Assembly: GCA_051294375.1 (NCBI GenBank)
Contig: CM119263.1
Coordinates: 30,740,053 to 30,804,052 of the forward strand
Length of the DNA: 64,000 bases
Reading direction: 5' to 3'
From: Paraspadella gotoi
Lineage: Eukaryota > Animalia > Chaetognatha
Below are positions 25,654-37,308 of this stretch, piece by piece. Below the pieces are notes generated by a model, which did no database searches, was not told where the DNA came from, and worked only from the letters and a program-made list of their open reading frames with translations. Made by a program: the position numbers and the translations under genes. How positions within the stretch are numbered: the stretch's first letter is position 1; the number at the start of each line of letters is the position of its first letter.

Positions 25654-26329
25654 CATGAAAGAATTAGAATTTTAAAAATATTTTTAATAGTATTTGAGGA
25701 AAATCAAGACGAGATTTTATTCTGAGATTAAAGGTGACGGTGAGCCGCACGCAGGAGTCTGGATCAATGCAACTGAAACTAAGGGAGAACTAAGTCTATT
25801 TATAACTAAAACAAAGGATCAGAGACAAGAGTGATTTTGACAGTTCCATCGTTCTCCCCAGCTAATTGGTCGATTCCGTTTCCACCTCGGCCAATCAGGG
25901 TTCGACGATTCCATTCTGATCTCCTGCGATGACAGAATTGGAGCCCGTGACCTAAAAGAAATTTATACAAAGCTTTGTGAGATACCGCCATTCCGTTTGG
26001 GCGTTACTGATTGATGGTTATTGATGAGTCAAGAATAGAGAAATTAATATCAAGGATGCTCAATGTTCATCACTCAATCGTGTTCTCAATTCCGCAAGAA
26101 AACACGCAATCTCTAAAAATTTTAAAAATATTTTTAAATTTAGCTCATATTTGTTTAAAAAATTAGCCCTTTTTAGTTTAAGAAGATACAATGTACTAAA
26201 GCATTGAACAAATATAAATTCTATACCACTTTGTAGAGCAGGCAAAACACTACATTTTGCATACTCTTGCATACTTTTGAAGATTAACTAAGTTTTAATA
26301 GATTGGGAAGTCGTGAAAAATTAAAAAGT

Positions 26330-26562
26330 GAAGAGACAGTAATTATTGTTATGTATTAGTGACAGAACCGTTCAATATAAGCAGTCCCTGAGCTTCGGAT
26401 CAGGCTGTAACACCATGTTACAGGTGGGTTAAGCGCCCCGTCCCTCTTAACTGCTAGGCGGCCACCGGGCTAGAACCCCGGACCTTTGGGTTGGGAGGCG
26501 AATGACTTGCCTCCGGCACCAATGGCCGCTGATGAATGGTTGGTGGATTTTAGTCCACCATA
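26330..26562 (-). mobile_element. tRNA-derived SINE-like repeat with 5' hairpin leader
   Basis: Minus strand: GGTGGA/TCCACC hairpin, then GCGGCCA..TGGCCGC acceptor-like stem and CCGGG-GTTCTAG-CCCGG T-arm; copies at ~4853-4975 and ~39650-39870. Confidence 0.7.
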
Positions 26563-27042
26563 AAAGTAACCACAACGAAGGAAGTAGGCGTGGTTTATTA
26601 TGGATAATTTATAAGAATTTTATTTACACAAACGAGTAGATAATAATAATTGAGGGAGATTATGATGATTAAAACGATGGTTTAAAATATCAAGTAAATA
26701 GTTCATGAACTTGGGAATCTTTGATTTTAGTTTCTTGAGTGTAAGTTGAAGACTGCCTCGTTTCTTCTCTTATCTCTCTCCCGTCCTTTCGTGAGGGAAA
26801 CCACCTCTCTCATTGGTCAAGAGAGAAGAAAGACACAAAAGCCAAACAAGACAAGCGAGACAAGCGACACGATCAATCCCTTTCCTACGATGATATTATC
26901 TTGGGGAAAAGTAAATTTAAAGTAATAAATAACGAATAGATAAAATTGATATACAATAAAGTTCAACCGTGCTTTAACATATATATTTTATTTGAGATTA
27001 AAGACGTAGTCTTTTTACATCAACGATTTTATTTTTAGTGGT

Positions 27043-27082
27043 ACAGACAAGTTTCGGCTTACATTCAAGCCTTCATCAGTGC
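27043..27082 (-). ncRNA. Minimal type I hammerhead ribozyme
   Basis: Minus strand: GCA-CTGATGA-AGGCTT-GAATGT-AAGCC-GAAA-CTTG-TC-TGT. Confidence 0.8.
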
Positions 27083-28323
27083 TTTGACAATTCACATTTT
27101 CATATTTTCCAAATTGACTTTGGGAGAGAGAGAGAGAGAGGGAAGATATAGCCAACAAAGATGTGAGACAGGACAGTGGTGACATGTGAGGACAGGTTTA
27201 AGTTGGTAGAGAGAGAGAGAGAATGTGAGGGAAGAGAAATTAAATTTTGTGAGTGAGAGAGAGAGAGAAAAGAGAGAGAGAGAGAGAGACAGAGAAGCAG
27301 AGGTTAACATTTGGTAAGAAAATACATTAGATAATGTATAACAATAATAAATTTAATAAATAAGTAATAATAAATAAAAAAATAAGTAAAAATTTTAATT
27401 AATTCAAATTAAAATGAAATCAATAAAGAAGTGAAATTTAAATGAAATGGAAATAAAGATGTTGAGGGATAGGTAAGTGAAAGAGTAAGTAAAAAATAAG
27501 AAAAAGAAAGAGCTCAAAATGAGCAGCCCCCCCCAGAGTCAACAATGGGGGATGCTGAAGATGTGGTCGGGTCATTGGTTTTTAATAGGCTAAGAGGTTA
27601 TTGTGGTGGAGTGCGACATGGACGGGTCCGGTAGAGACCCAGGCGGAAAGCGGCCAAGTGCAACTCGAATATCTCTCAGGCATGATAAACCTGCTGATGG
27701 CCCTTGTCTCGCCTGTTGGCGAGGCGGGCGGTGGTTTTGCAATGGGAGTTACAGACTCCATCTCCTCCTCCTGTAACCGTCTTTTTGGTGGGCGCCTGGT
27801 CCGAGGAGAGTCGGACTGGGTTGTTGCAGGAGAGGATTAGGCATCGGACATCCCTTGCGTATCGGGAGGTCTCTGCCTGACCCGTTTTAATAAGCAAATC
27901 ATAGCTCGGAGGGAGGTCGAATCATCCTCCATTTTGAGCATTTTTTTTCTCTTATTTTTCACTTACTTATCCCTCAACAGCTTTATTTCCATTTCATCTA
28001 AATTTCACTTCTTTATTGATTTTATTTTAATCTGAATTAATTTAAATTTTGTTTGTTTGTTTAAGTCTGTTTACTTATTTATTAAGTTTACTATTGTTAT
28101 ACATTATCTAATGTATTTTCTTACCAAATGTTAACCTCTGCTTCTCTCTCTCTCTCTCTCACTCACAAAATTTAATTTCTCTTCCCTCACATTCTCTCTC
28201 TCTCTTCCAACTTAAACCTGTCTCACATTTCACCACTGTCCTGTCTCACATCTTTGTTGGCCATTTCTTCCCTCTCTCTCTCTCCCAAAGTCAATTTGGA
28301 AAACATGAAAGTGAATTGTCAAA

Positions 28324-28363
28324 GCACTGATGAAGGCTTGAATGTAAGGCGAAACTAGTCTGT
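28324..28363 (+). ncRNA. Minimal type I hammerhead ribozyme
   Basis: GCA-CTGATGA-AGGCTT-GAATGT-AAGGC-GAAA-CTAG-TC-TGT, with one stem II mismatch. Confidence 0.75.
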
Positions 28364-29203
28364 ACCACTAAAAAAAAAAAAAAAAACTATTTAAGGTATA
28401 AACACAATTTTATTGGTGTTTTACGAGTTTGCATACGGGGTAATTAGAAAAGCATTCATGGACTGATAAATCCAAATTTTATTCAATATGGAATTGCTTT
28501 ATGGGTTTTTTTGCTTTATGCTTCTGGGCTTTTATTTTTGTAGATGTACTCCCATATGACGCGTTTAATATTTTTTTCCCTAATTTGGTTTTTTTGAATG
28601 GAGACGTCAAACAGGTATTTTTAATGGGACTTATTTTCCCTGAACACCCCATTTCAAATTAAATTATATTTATAGTTTAATTAATTTTAAGATTTAAATA
28701 TTAGGGTATAAGTTATGTTTAAGGATTAAGGATTAGGTCGAGTATCAGAGATAAGGATTAGGATTTTGATAAGAGTTAGGATTCTGGTTAGGACAAGTTA
28801 AGGATTGGGGTTAAAAGATTAAAATTAAATTTTAAAATTAAAATTAGCAGTTTTTGTCTTTTTGACAAATCCTGGAATATTTTTTAAATAGAGAATTTTG
28901 TTCAAATTCAATTACCAAACTTTATAAAAATCCCAGAAAAAAGTTGGAGTAAAAAGTATATAGAAAAACACACGATTCTAAAAGCGTTGCATCTGAAGAG
29001 CTTACTTTTTTTCACTTTATAATTGATCAAATATTAATATTAAACAAACTACTGTGCAATAAAACAATTTTTTACCTTTTTTTTAAAAATAAAAATGATT
29101 TTTTATTTTTTAAACTTTATATCCATGGTATATCCTTTCTTTTCGTTGTTGTATAGAGATTTAAAGGAAATTTGAATTGTTACAACGATTTTATTATTAA
29201 GTT

Positions 29204-29247
29204 GCAGACATGTTTCGACTCAGAGATTTTCGAGTCTTCATCAGCGC
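29204..29247 (-). ncRNA. Minimal type I hammerhead ribozyme
   Basis: Minus strand: GCG-CTGATGA-AGACTC..GAGTC-GAAA-CATG-TC-TGC, then AATAAAATCGTTG. Confidence 0.8.
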
Positions 29248-29828
29248 TTTTGATAATAATTTTAAACAATTTAAATTCTTTTTTTGCAGTTATTTTTAAA
29301 TTTTTTTTTTATTAATTATAGTTATAATATTATTTTAATTATTATTAATGTTTAATAATATTATTGATAATATTAATATTATTATTAACTATTTTTATAA
29401 TTTACTTTTATTGGTTATTTTCTTCTTAGTTATCAAGTTTTTTCATATTTACCTATTTATTAGAGCACGTATAATGATAACTTAAATGATTGAATTATAC
29501 AATTTATAAAAGTTTATTATATGTAATAATAGTTTTAAACAAGCAAAATAGTTATTTTTTTATTTTATATAAAAATATGTTTGAAATCCTCATTTTGGTA
29601 AGAAAAAGAAGCATTCAAGCTCTCGCTTAAATGCTATTTTGTCTTATTTATATTATTATAAATATTATAACCTATTTATATTTATAAAATATATATTCTA
29701 AAAACTTTAATATTTAATTCAATCTGACCACTGTCTTTTTCTCACTCTGTGTTCTAAGCTTTACTTTTCTCTCTCTGTCTCTCTCTCTCTAACTCAATGT
29801 TAAAGAGAAAAATTTGTAACTGAAACAA

Positions 29829-29868
29829 ACGCTGATGAAGGCTTAAAGCAATAGCCGAAACATGTCCT
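29829..29868 (+). ncRNA. Minimal type I hammerhead ribozyme
   Basis: CG-CTGATGA-AGGCT..AGCC-GAAA-CATG-TC, then AATAAAAATCGTT. Confidence 0.75.
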
Positions 29869-30248
29869 AATGTAAATAAAAATCGTTATCAAACAAACAA
29901 ACTTTGTTTTCTCTAAATATTACAATAATAAAACGTTAAAATTACGCGAATAAAGAGCGCCATCGTTCTGACAAGTTCGATTGTAAGCTAATTTGCATAA
30001 TTTAAGAGCCAGATAAAAATCGACCGGGATCTCTCATGTTGAGAATTTCAAATCGAATAAAAAGTATTTTAAATTAAAGTATATATATGTATGATCACTT
30101 GTGTAAACATTTTTAAAAATATGAATCCATCTTGATACACTAGTAGGACCCTTTTTTTTCTTTTTTAATTTTATAATGATTTTGACATAAAATGATCAGG
30201 TTTAAATGAAATAGTCCGGTTTGAATCGCGAAATATTAATTTTAAAAG

Positions 30249-30458
30249 AAAATGAAAGGAAGAACTTTAAAAGAATCGACGAAAATAATAACAGCCAAAC
30301 ATGTTGAAAAAGAAGGGGAAAATTTTGATACTTTTTTAAAGTTTTCTCCACGAGAAGAGGTCCAATTAAAACGATACTTAGGATTTACAATATTGAAGTC
30401 ATACCACATCTTCCGATCTGAGAATATACAAAAACTACCATTGGCTTCTTATTTTATA
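30249..30458 (+). CDS. CNGK-like channel exon: linker into repeat B (5' boundary uncertain; may begin at 30200)
   Basis: Unique-sequence ORF in the same frame as the next exon across a 33-nt GT..AG intron (30459-30491). Confidence 0.5.
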
Positions 30459-30491
30459 GTCATTTATTAAAGAGCTTTGATTTGATTTTAG

Positions 30492-30981
30492 ATTTATGCA
30501 ATTTTCTTTGTTCTAACCTTTATTTGTCTAGTGGATTTTATTATTTGGATAACTATTAAAATATGGTCAGATCAAGATCTTCTGTCTGGTACACAAGCAT
30601 TAAAATTCAAATTTAAACAAGAATTGCGTCAAACACTTGGAAACATTTGCTCAATTTTTTTCTTTGGATTCAAGATAAATACTTTAATTGAAGTCGCTCA
30701 CAGAAAAATACCATGGAATTATCGCCATTGGATTATAATATGTCTTATTTTGCTTCTATTGTTTACTACCTTACATTATTCTGTTAGAGCGTTTTCATTT
30801 CTAAGACTATACAGAAACTATTGCGATTACTATCAAAAAGTACTCAATATAACAGTTTGTTCAAAATTAGATCAAATAAATGGAGCTACATGTTTGGCAA
30901 AACAGTGCCAGCTTTTATATAATAAAACAAACGGCGCAATATTTTTATCAAATGCTTGTTCAAATATATCTTCTCTTTCTG
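30492..30981 (+). CDS. CNGK-like channel exon: TM segments and Cys-rich extracellular loop of repeat B
   Basis: TTTTAG acceptor; IYAIFFVLTFICLVDFIIW..WIIICLILLLLFTTLHY; Cys-rich post-S5 loop as in repeats C and D; probable donor G|GTTGAA, phase 1. Confidence 0.6.
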
Positions 30982-31451
30982 GTTGAATCTTTATTATGTC
31001 TTTGAACTAAATATTATTAAAATTATTACATACAATTGGTACCACCAATATAAAATTATTTATTCATTAAATACATATGCTATTTTGCCGCTGACTTTGA
31101 ACAATAATAATCTCGGTAATAATCTCGGATACTTTTTTTAAGAACAGAATAAATTTTTAAATAATTAAAATTACAACCTAAACAAAGAGATTAATCAGAT
31201 TTTGTAATGATTTATGACAATTTTGTTAGCCTTTAAATATTTTTGGAAGCAGATTAAACCAATTTTTAAGCCACCATTTCTAAAACTGCTGATCATAAGG
31301 TCAATTACACATATTAATCATCTGTAAACACTTTTTACCTAGACGGTTAAATAACGAGACAGTAAATAATGGCGTTTGTAAATTCCTTTCAGTATTAACC
31401 AACAATAACTTGGTTGAACAATTCAAAATTAAACGATTTTTTGTTAATGAA

Positions 31452-32440
31452 AAAAAATCTTAAAAGCATAAGGATCGTCACAATCGCATAAGAAAAATCG
31501 GGATTGACGACAAATTTTGCTTCTAAAAAAATCAAATTTGAGAAAAGAAAATTAATTTATAAACAAAGAAAAAAAAAAAAGAATAATAAATATAAAACAG
31601 TAAAATAACTTATTTTCGAGTTTAATTTTTAGCAAGTGCAAAGTCTGGAGATACATTATTGAAGGTACTTTTGTTTTACTTTTAGCCCGCATAAGCGAGC
31701 AGTTTGATTGAATGCGATCTCTCTAAACACAACATTCCCAGTCAAAAGACAAAGTGAAACTTGAATCAGACTGACAAAATGAGGTAAAGACTAAAGTAAG
31801 TAAAATGAAATAAAGTAAAATAAAATAATAAAATAAATATATATTAAAAAAATATTATTCTGATTGATATTTAAAATATTTAGAAAAAAAATCTACGAAA
31901 ATCTTGGATGTAAATTTGGGAATAAATGGCGATAATAAAAGTTTTTAGAGGGAAAAAAATAATCAGAGAGAGAGAGAGAAGCCAAATCGTTTTCAGACAA
32001 ATCAGCAGCGGCAGCAGCAGAGGCACCCAGAAAAAAAGAAAGAAATCAAAAGGCAGCAGCAGAAGCAGCAGGAGAAAAGAGAGAAAAAGAATAAGCCCCT
32101 GCAGAACCAGCTGCAGACTCGTTTTTTTCCCTTTCTCTATGAATCAGTGACTAGGAAAAAGAGAGAGGGAGAGAGACATGTAATTAAAAGAGAAAAGAGA
32201 GAGAGAAAGAAATATAAAAATAAAAAAGAAAAAATTTGTTTGTTTTGATAAAACGTAAACAAAACATTTAATAACTGTCCAGACTCAATTTTAAGCACAT
32301 CGATACATCATACATCATACACCCAAAGTTAATCATAAAAAAAGCGATCTATAATTTGGAACGCCGACAACAACGACGACACTTATGTGCAAAAGTGTTA
32401 CAATATCATCGCAAACGCTCAGCGATTGCGACGATTAAAA
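31452..32440 (+). mobile_element. Helentron-like element family 2, second copy
   Basis: Co-linear with 20962-21945. Confidence 0.8.
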
Positions 32441-32498
32441 TATACAAGAACTTATTTATTTAAATCAATAATAAAGATTCAAAATTCCGGTGCCTTAG

Positions 32499-33110
32499 TT
32501 AATTCTCCGCCATTATTAAAAGAACTGTTGCTAGATAAAAGAACGGCGAAAGCATATTCTTATGTTATATCATCCCAAGTTCTTATAACTTTTTGCAACG
32601 AATATTTCAATTGGTCTGCTTGGGAAGACTTAGTTCGTAAATATTACACAAATCTATTTATTCATTATCTTTCTTATACATTTTTTTGGGGAAACTTATT
32701 TACATATACAGTTTTTAATGATTTATTTTGTACCTCTCCACTTATAATTAGTACCTTATTCAGTTTATTTGCTTCTGCAAGTATCAATGGTAAATTTTCT
32801 AGTCATTCATTGGCACGTTATGATTATTATAAAGAATACAATAAAACGGTCAAAATATTAAAAAATCTGTTACCTACGTCCGAAGAATTGTTACAAAAGC
32901 AATGCATTTCCTACTTTCGTCTTAATTATTTGGATTACAATAGGATTTCAATTTATTTAAATGATAATTTAATAGAAATGCCAGAAGTCTTGAAGAAATT
33001 TGGAAAGATAAAAAAAAAAGTCTCAAAAATGAAGTTTGGATTAACTGCTTACGATGTCGATTCTATGAATAACTTATTAAGTTCATTAAAGTTTGTTTTC
33101 TTCCCACCAG
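32499..33110 (+). CDS. CNGK-like channel exon: pore/S6 and C-linker of repeat B (acceptor could be 32477)
   Basis: KYYTNLFIHYLSYTF (pore-helix-like), S6-like segment, C-linker (CISYFRLNY..LIEMPEVL), ending LKFVFFPP-G at the strong donor CAG|GTTAGT, phase 1. Confidence 0.7.
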
Positions 33111-34128
33111 GTTAGTGCTGACTTGAAATCATTTCTTAAATTTTTAAAATTGTTTTAAAAAATTTGAAAAAACTATAACTTACATTGTTTAAAAAAAGCT
33201 TCATTTAAACACCAATAATTATTAATTTGAAGCATTCTTTTAAATGTTCATCTGTTTTTAGAGAGGACCCAAAATTATTTCCAAATAAGTTGCCTATAAT
33301 AGTGCCTGAATCTAGATTCAGATTTTCAAAAAACTTTCAAAATCATGATCAGAACCATATTAATGGAAATTAGATACGCAGCCGGTGGGTCAAGTATGCT
33401 CAAAAGGTTAGTAATAAAAATCGAGTGACTGGAATTGCAAATGAGATTAATGCGTCATCGTAAGGTAAATAAAAAAGAGCATAAACAATTTAATAATAAT
33501 TATTTTTTAAAAACAATTAATACATATGTTTTAATTTGTTTTGATAATTGATTATGTGAATTCTGTATAGTAAAATAATTTTAAAAAGCTAATTTATATA
33601 ACAATATTAATATGGCTCTTAAAGTCATTGACCTTTGACAAAAACTAATTCTTCCTCTGAAAGTATGTATCAATATATGGTAAGGATCTCACTATGCTCT
33701 CGTCCCGGAAAAGATGTAAGGTGAGGATGTATTTGGTAAAAGGAAAAGGGAATAAGGTTACATAAAAAGGGAGAGGGGAGAAGGAAGGCTTGAGGACCCC
33801 GAGATCGTGAGACGAGAAGTGAGGACGATCCTTGACTCGGGGATGAAGAGGAAGGAACAACGAAGGGAAGAGAAGGAGTAGAGGTTGAAAAGGGGAGAGA
33901 AAACCCATCTTTCAATAAGCTTTATTTTATGTTTCTATGTCTTCGTAAAATTCAGGCATCTAATATATTTTTTCGATGTGAAAAGTGGCTCCTTTTTTTT
34001 CGCCGTAGTGTGCAAGATAATGACAGAGCAGTTCCTTCAAACATAGTGAAGGACCTTCGTTTTGTTTTAAATTGAGAGAGAAAACAAAGTTTGTTTTTGT
34101 TTACAAACAACAAATTTTATTTTTTAAA

Positions 34129-34167
34129 CAAACATGTTTCAACTCTTTTTAAAGTCTTCATCAGCGC
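34129..34167 (-). ncRNA. Degenerate minimal hammerhead
   Basis: Minus strand: GCG-CTGATGA-AGACTTT..GAGTT-GAAA-CATG-TT; the host repeat is interrupted by the 34179 transposon. Confidence 0.55.
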
Positions 34168-34178
34168 AATGTGAATTT

Positions 34179-34895
34179 TAGGAGTCTACGTCGTTCTTAG
34201 AAATCGAGAAGACTTTTTCAATGGAGATTTTCGTTAAAATCTGACTACCAAATAATGTCAACGCCCCTTGGAAAAATTCAGGTAAAAAACAGATGTAAAA
34301 ACACTCGATTCCGATCCTGTTACATCTGAAGGGCTCGCATTTTTTTCTCTTGACAAATAAACCATCATTTTGACATCGAACCATTCGATTCAAATGGACT
34401 GGTCCGCTCGGGAAAATATTTTTGACGCAATTTTTATATATAAAATAAAGGGATTTCTCAACTTCAATACAATGTCAACGCATTTAAGGTATGTTGTCAT
34501 TTTACAATAAACTTCGAATTCAGGAATCCGATAGCAATATGTCTGAAGGGCTCTCAAAATTTTTTCTTACATTTTTTTTGTTTTTAATATGATACGATCA
34601 TGTTAAGTGAATTAGTCCATTTTGCTGAAATTTTTATTTAAAGTAAAAGTGAAGAGGAGCTAACGATCGGAATTCTAAGAGTTTTCAACCGGGAGTCAGA
34701 TTCGGAAAAAAATCTTATATGGCGAAAATCTTCCAAAGAAGGGGTGGATTTTCCGAAGATTTTGGTTAATATTTTCTATATTTATGTTCGGATTTTTTTG
34801 AAACTTAAAAATAGCAATATTGCCATCATTCTACATTGGCCGGTCAAAGAATATATTAAAAAAACTCTGACTTTTTTCGTCAGAGCTTAGTCCTA
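34179..34895. mobile_element. Non-autonomous DNA transposon with 7-bp TSD, inverted sister of 20164-20873
   Basis: TAGGA..TCCTA termini; TSD TGAATTT at 34172-34178 and 34896-34902. Confidence 0.85.
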
Positions 34896-37308
34896 TGAAT
34901 TTAAAATTTTGCCAAACATCATGATGAAGGGAGATAAATGATACTGTTGGTAATGTTCCTTTAAGACATTTGAACTTTTTTATCTCAAACCCGACAAGAC
35001 ACTATGAAAAGTTACGTGAACGGCCAGAAAACGTAAAATGTAAAAAAACCAGAACAAAACAAAAAGTAATATGTAGAATGAGACATTAATGATTCCAATC
35101 AGGTAACAGGAGAGAAAGAGAGGAGTGAAGATAAAATCGCCTTCTGACTTTTTTGGTCATATTTTTCTCTCTCGGTCCATTGCAACGCCGGTCCATTTCG
35201 TACGTTTACTTTTAAAAATTTGGTGACCAAATTTTATTCGTTTTTGAACCATTTATTGAATCAACGTCGCGCGTCCGAAAACCGTTTTTTACGGGTTTTC
35301 GCGACTAGATATTGTCACGATTTTCTTTTTTTGCTACAATTTTGTAATGACCAAGAATAGACGTTTGGACCGTTTGGGAACTCGCGTTGTACTTTTACTA
35401 GAGATTGTCAGTGAAACTTTTGTCAAAACCTCTTTTTGGACGGGCGACCAACGAACGCCAAGGACCGCAAAGCATGGAGACTCGAACGTCTCTACAGAGA
35501 GTGAGAGAGAGAGAAAGAGAGAGAGTAAGCGTCCAACAAAGATTTGAGTAAAGAAAAGTGTTAAGGGTAAGAACAGCTGAAGTAAGGACAGGAGAGACAG
35601 AGAGAGAGTGAATAGAAATAAAGTCAGGTCATTTGAGAGTAAGTAGGAAACAATGTTTGAGAAAAGAATAAGACTCGAAACATATCCGTTTATAAAAATA
35701 AAATTTGTTGTTTGTAAACAAAAACAAACTATAATTCAAGTTAACAGTACCAAAATGGTTGTGAGCAAAACAAAAAACTGATTGAACTGTATCTCTCTCT
35801 GTCTTAATAACTTTTTATCATTTCTTTACTGTTTCACTATCTTTCAAGATTAAGTTACAGAAACCTTTAGTTTAATAGTGTTTTCATGTGATTTTTATTG
35901 GTTAATATTATTTTTTTTATCCTGTCAGCTAATCAAACGATACATATTAGCTTTTTAATTTGATTTTATATTATTTATTTAATTTTTAATTAAGATTAAT
36001 AAGTTTTTATTAAATTAAAATATTACTGTGAAACGTTAATCTCATTTGCATATTGGAGTAACCCGATTTTTATTACTAACCTTTTGGCTTTGTGGAAAAA
36101 AAAATGTTCTATCTCAAATCTCTAATTTTGGTACCAAGGTAATATTCCCAAGGTTTGGTAAAGATATTCCAACCCATCCTATAGGAAGCTTGCCAGGCTA
36201 CCTATAATGATTTCATATAAATTTAATTTTAAAAAATAATATTATATTATAATATTAATACCTTATATAAGCAAAGAATCTAAGATAAAATATTTTTTTG
36301 CGATCCTAAATATGAAACCGTTATAATTGATTTCCTTAACTATTTTATATGATTTAGCAATTGGTACAGGCACAATTTGTACTATAGTGATTAACTCTGT
36401 AAAAGATGAAAAAAATTGGCAAAGTCTATTGAGTATGAAGCACTTCTTAACGCGCGACCTATTTAATCCGAGATTATTGCAAATAAAACAAATCTAAGTT
36501 TCATCTCTATTCTTCTAGAGTGCCTTAATACGTGCCCGTAATTTCAATTATTGAATTCAAATCCGTGTTCAACTGCATTCAAATAAATATCTTTGTAAAC
36601 CAAACAGTTCTAACATGTAAAACTGAAAGAACCCCCTCCTCGACCTAGCGGAGAGGGAGAAGACGTCGGGAGAGAAACTGGACTATAGACCGGGACCGCT
36701 GGCGCCGTAAAGTTTATAAGTTTGTTATCCACTGAGTCTTGATATTAATAGGTACCTTAATAAAATAATCAAAGAATATAGATATTAATACAGACAATAA
36801 TAATAATCAAACAATAATACTACTAACAATTAATAAAAATAAAAGAACACAAGTTATCGCAGAAGAAACACGAATTATATAAAAGCACAGAAGCTGTCCA
36901 AACGTCTATTTAATCTGAAGAGTCTGATCCAAATGTCGAATCACGAATGATCACAAGAAATAGACATTGGACAGTGAGCCAAAAGTCAATATCTCTCTTA
37001 ACCGGGAGACAAAAATAGCATCTGTGTTATGGTCGTCTGGACTTTACAAAACACCTTAACACTTTAACACCTTTTATTCTTAGAACCATGTAATAAAGCA
37101 GAAACAGTAACCACATTTTGAGATAACACAATTTTCAATTTCAGATAGAAATATTCATGGTAAGTAGAGTTGAAGACCAAATAAGTAGCAAGCAAGAAGG
37201 TTAAAACTATAAGAAATAGACAATTTATAATTAATACAAATAAACCTTAAACTTATAAGTAAATCATATAACCTAAGTACAATCAATATAATTCAAATAT
37301 AACTGACC

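Larger units (their letters stand above)
27020..28372. mobile_element. Penelope-like element with two inverted ~450-500 bp pLTR arms around a GC-rich core
   Basis: ~27036-27525 and ~27930-28372 are reverse complements; each arm carries a hammerhead near its outer end. Confidence 0.8.

Noticed and set aside
26347-26560. Solo LTR (TG..CA ends)
   Set aside because: There is no TSD and homology between copies extends beyond the CA, so it is kept as a SINE-like repeat.
27676-27897. GIY-YIG domain in the core of the inverted element
   Set aside because: There is only a vague resemblance (IKTGQAETSR) and none of the downstream motifs seen in the real fragment at 45192-45468.
30956-31141. Extra channel exon (YIFSFWLNLYY looks like a pore helix)
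   Set aside because: It is out of frame with the upstream exon with no splice solution, its 3' half matches repeat sequence at ~45725-45790, and the next exon supplies the pore region.
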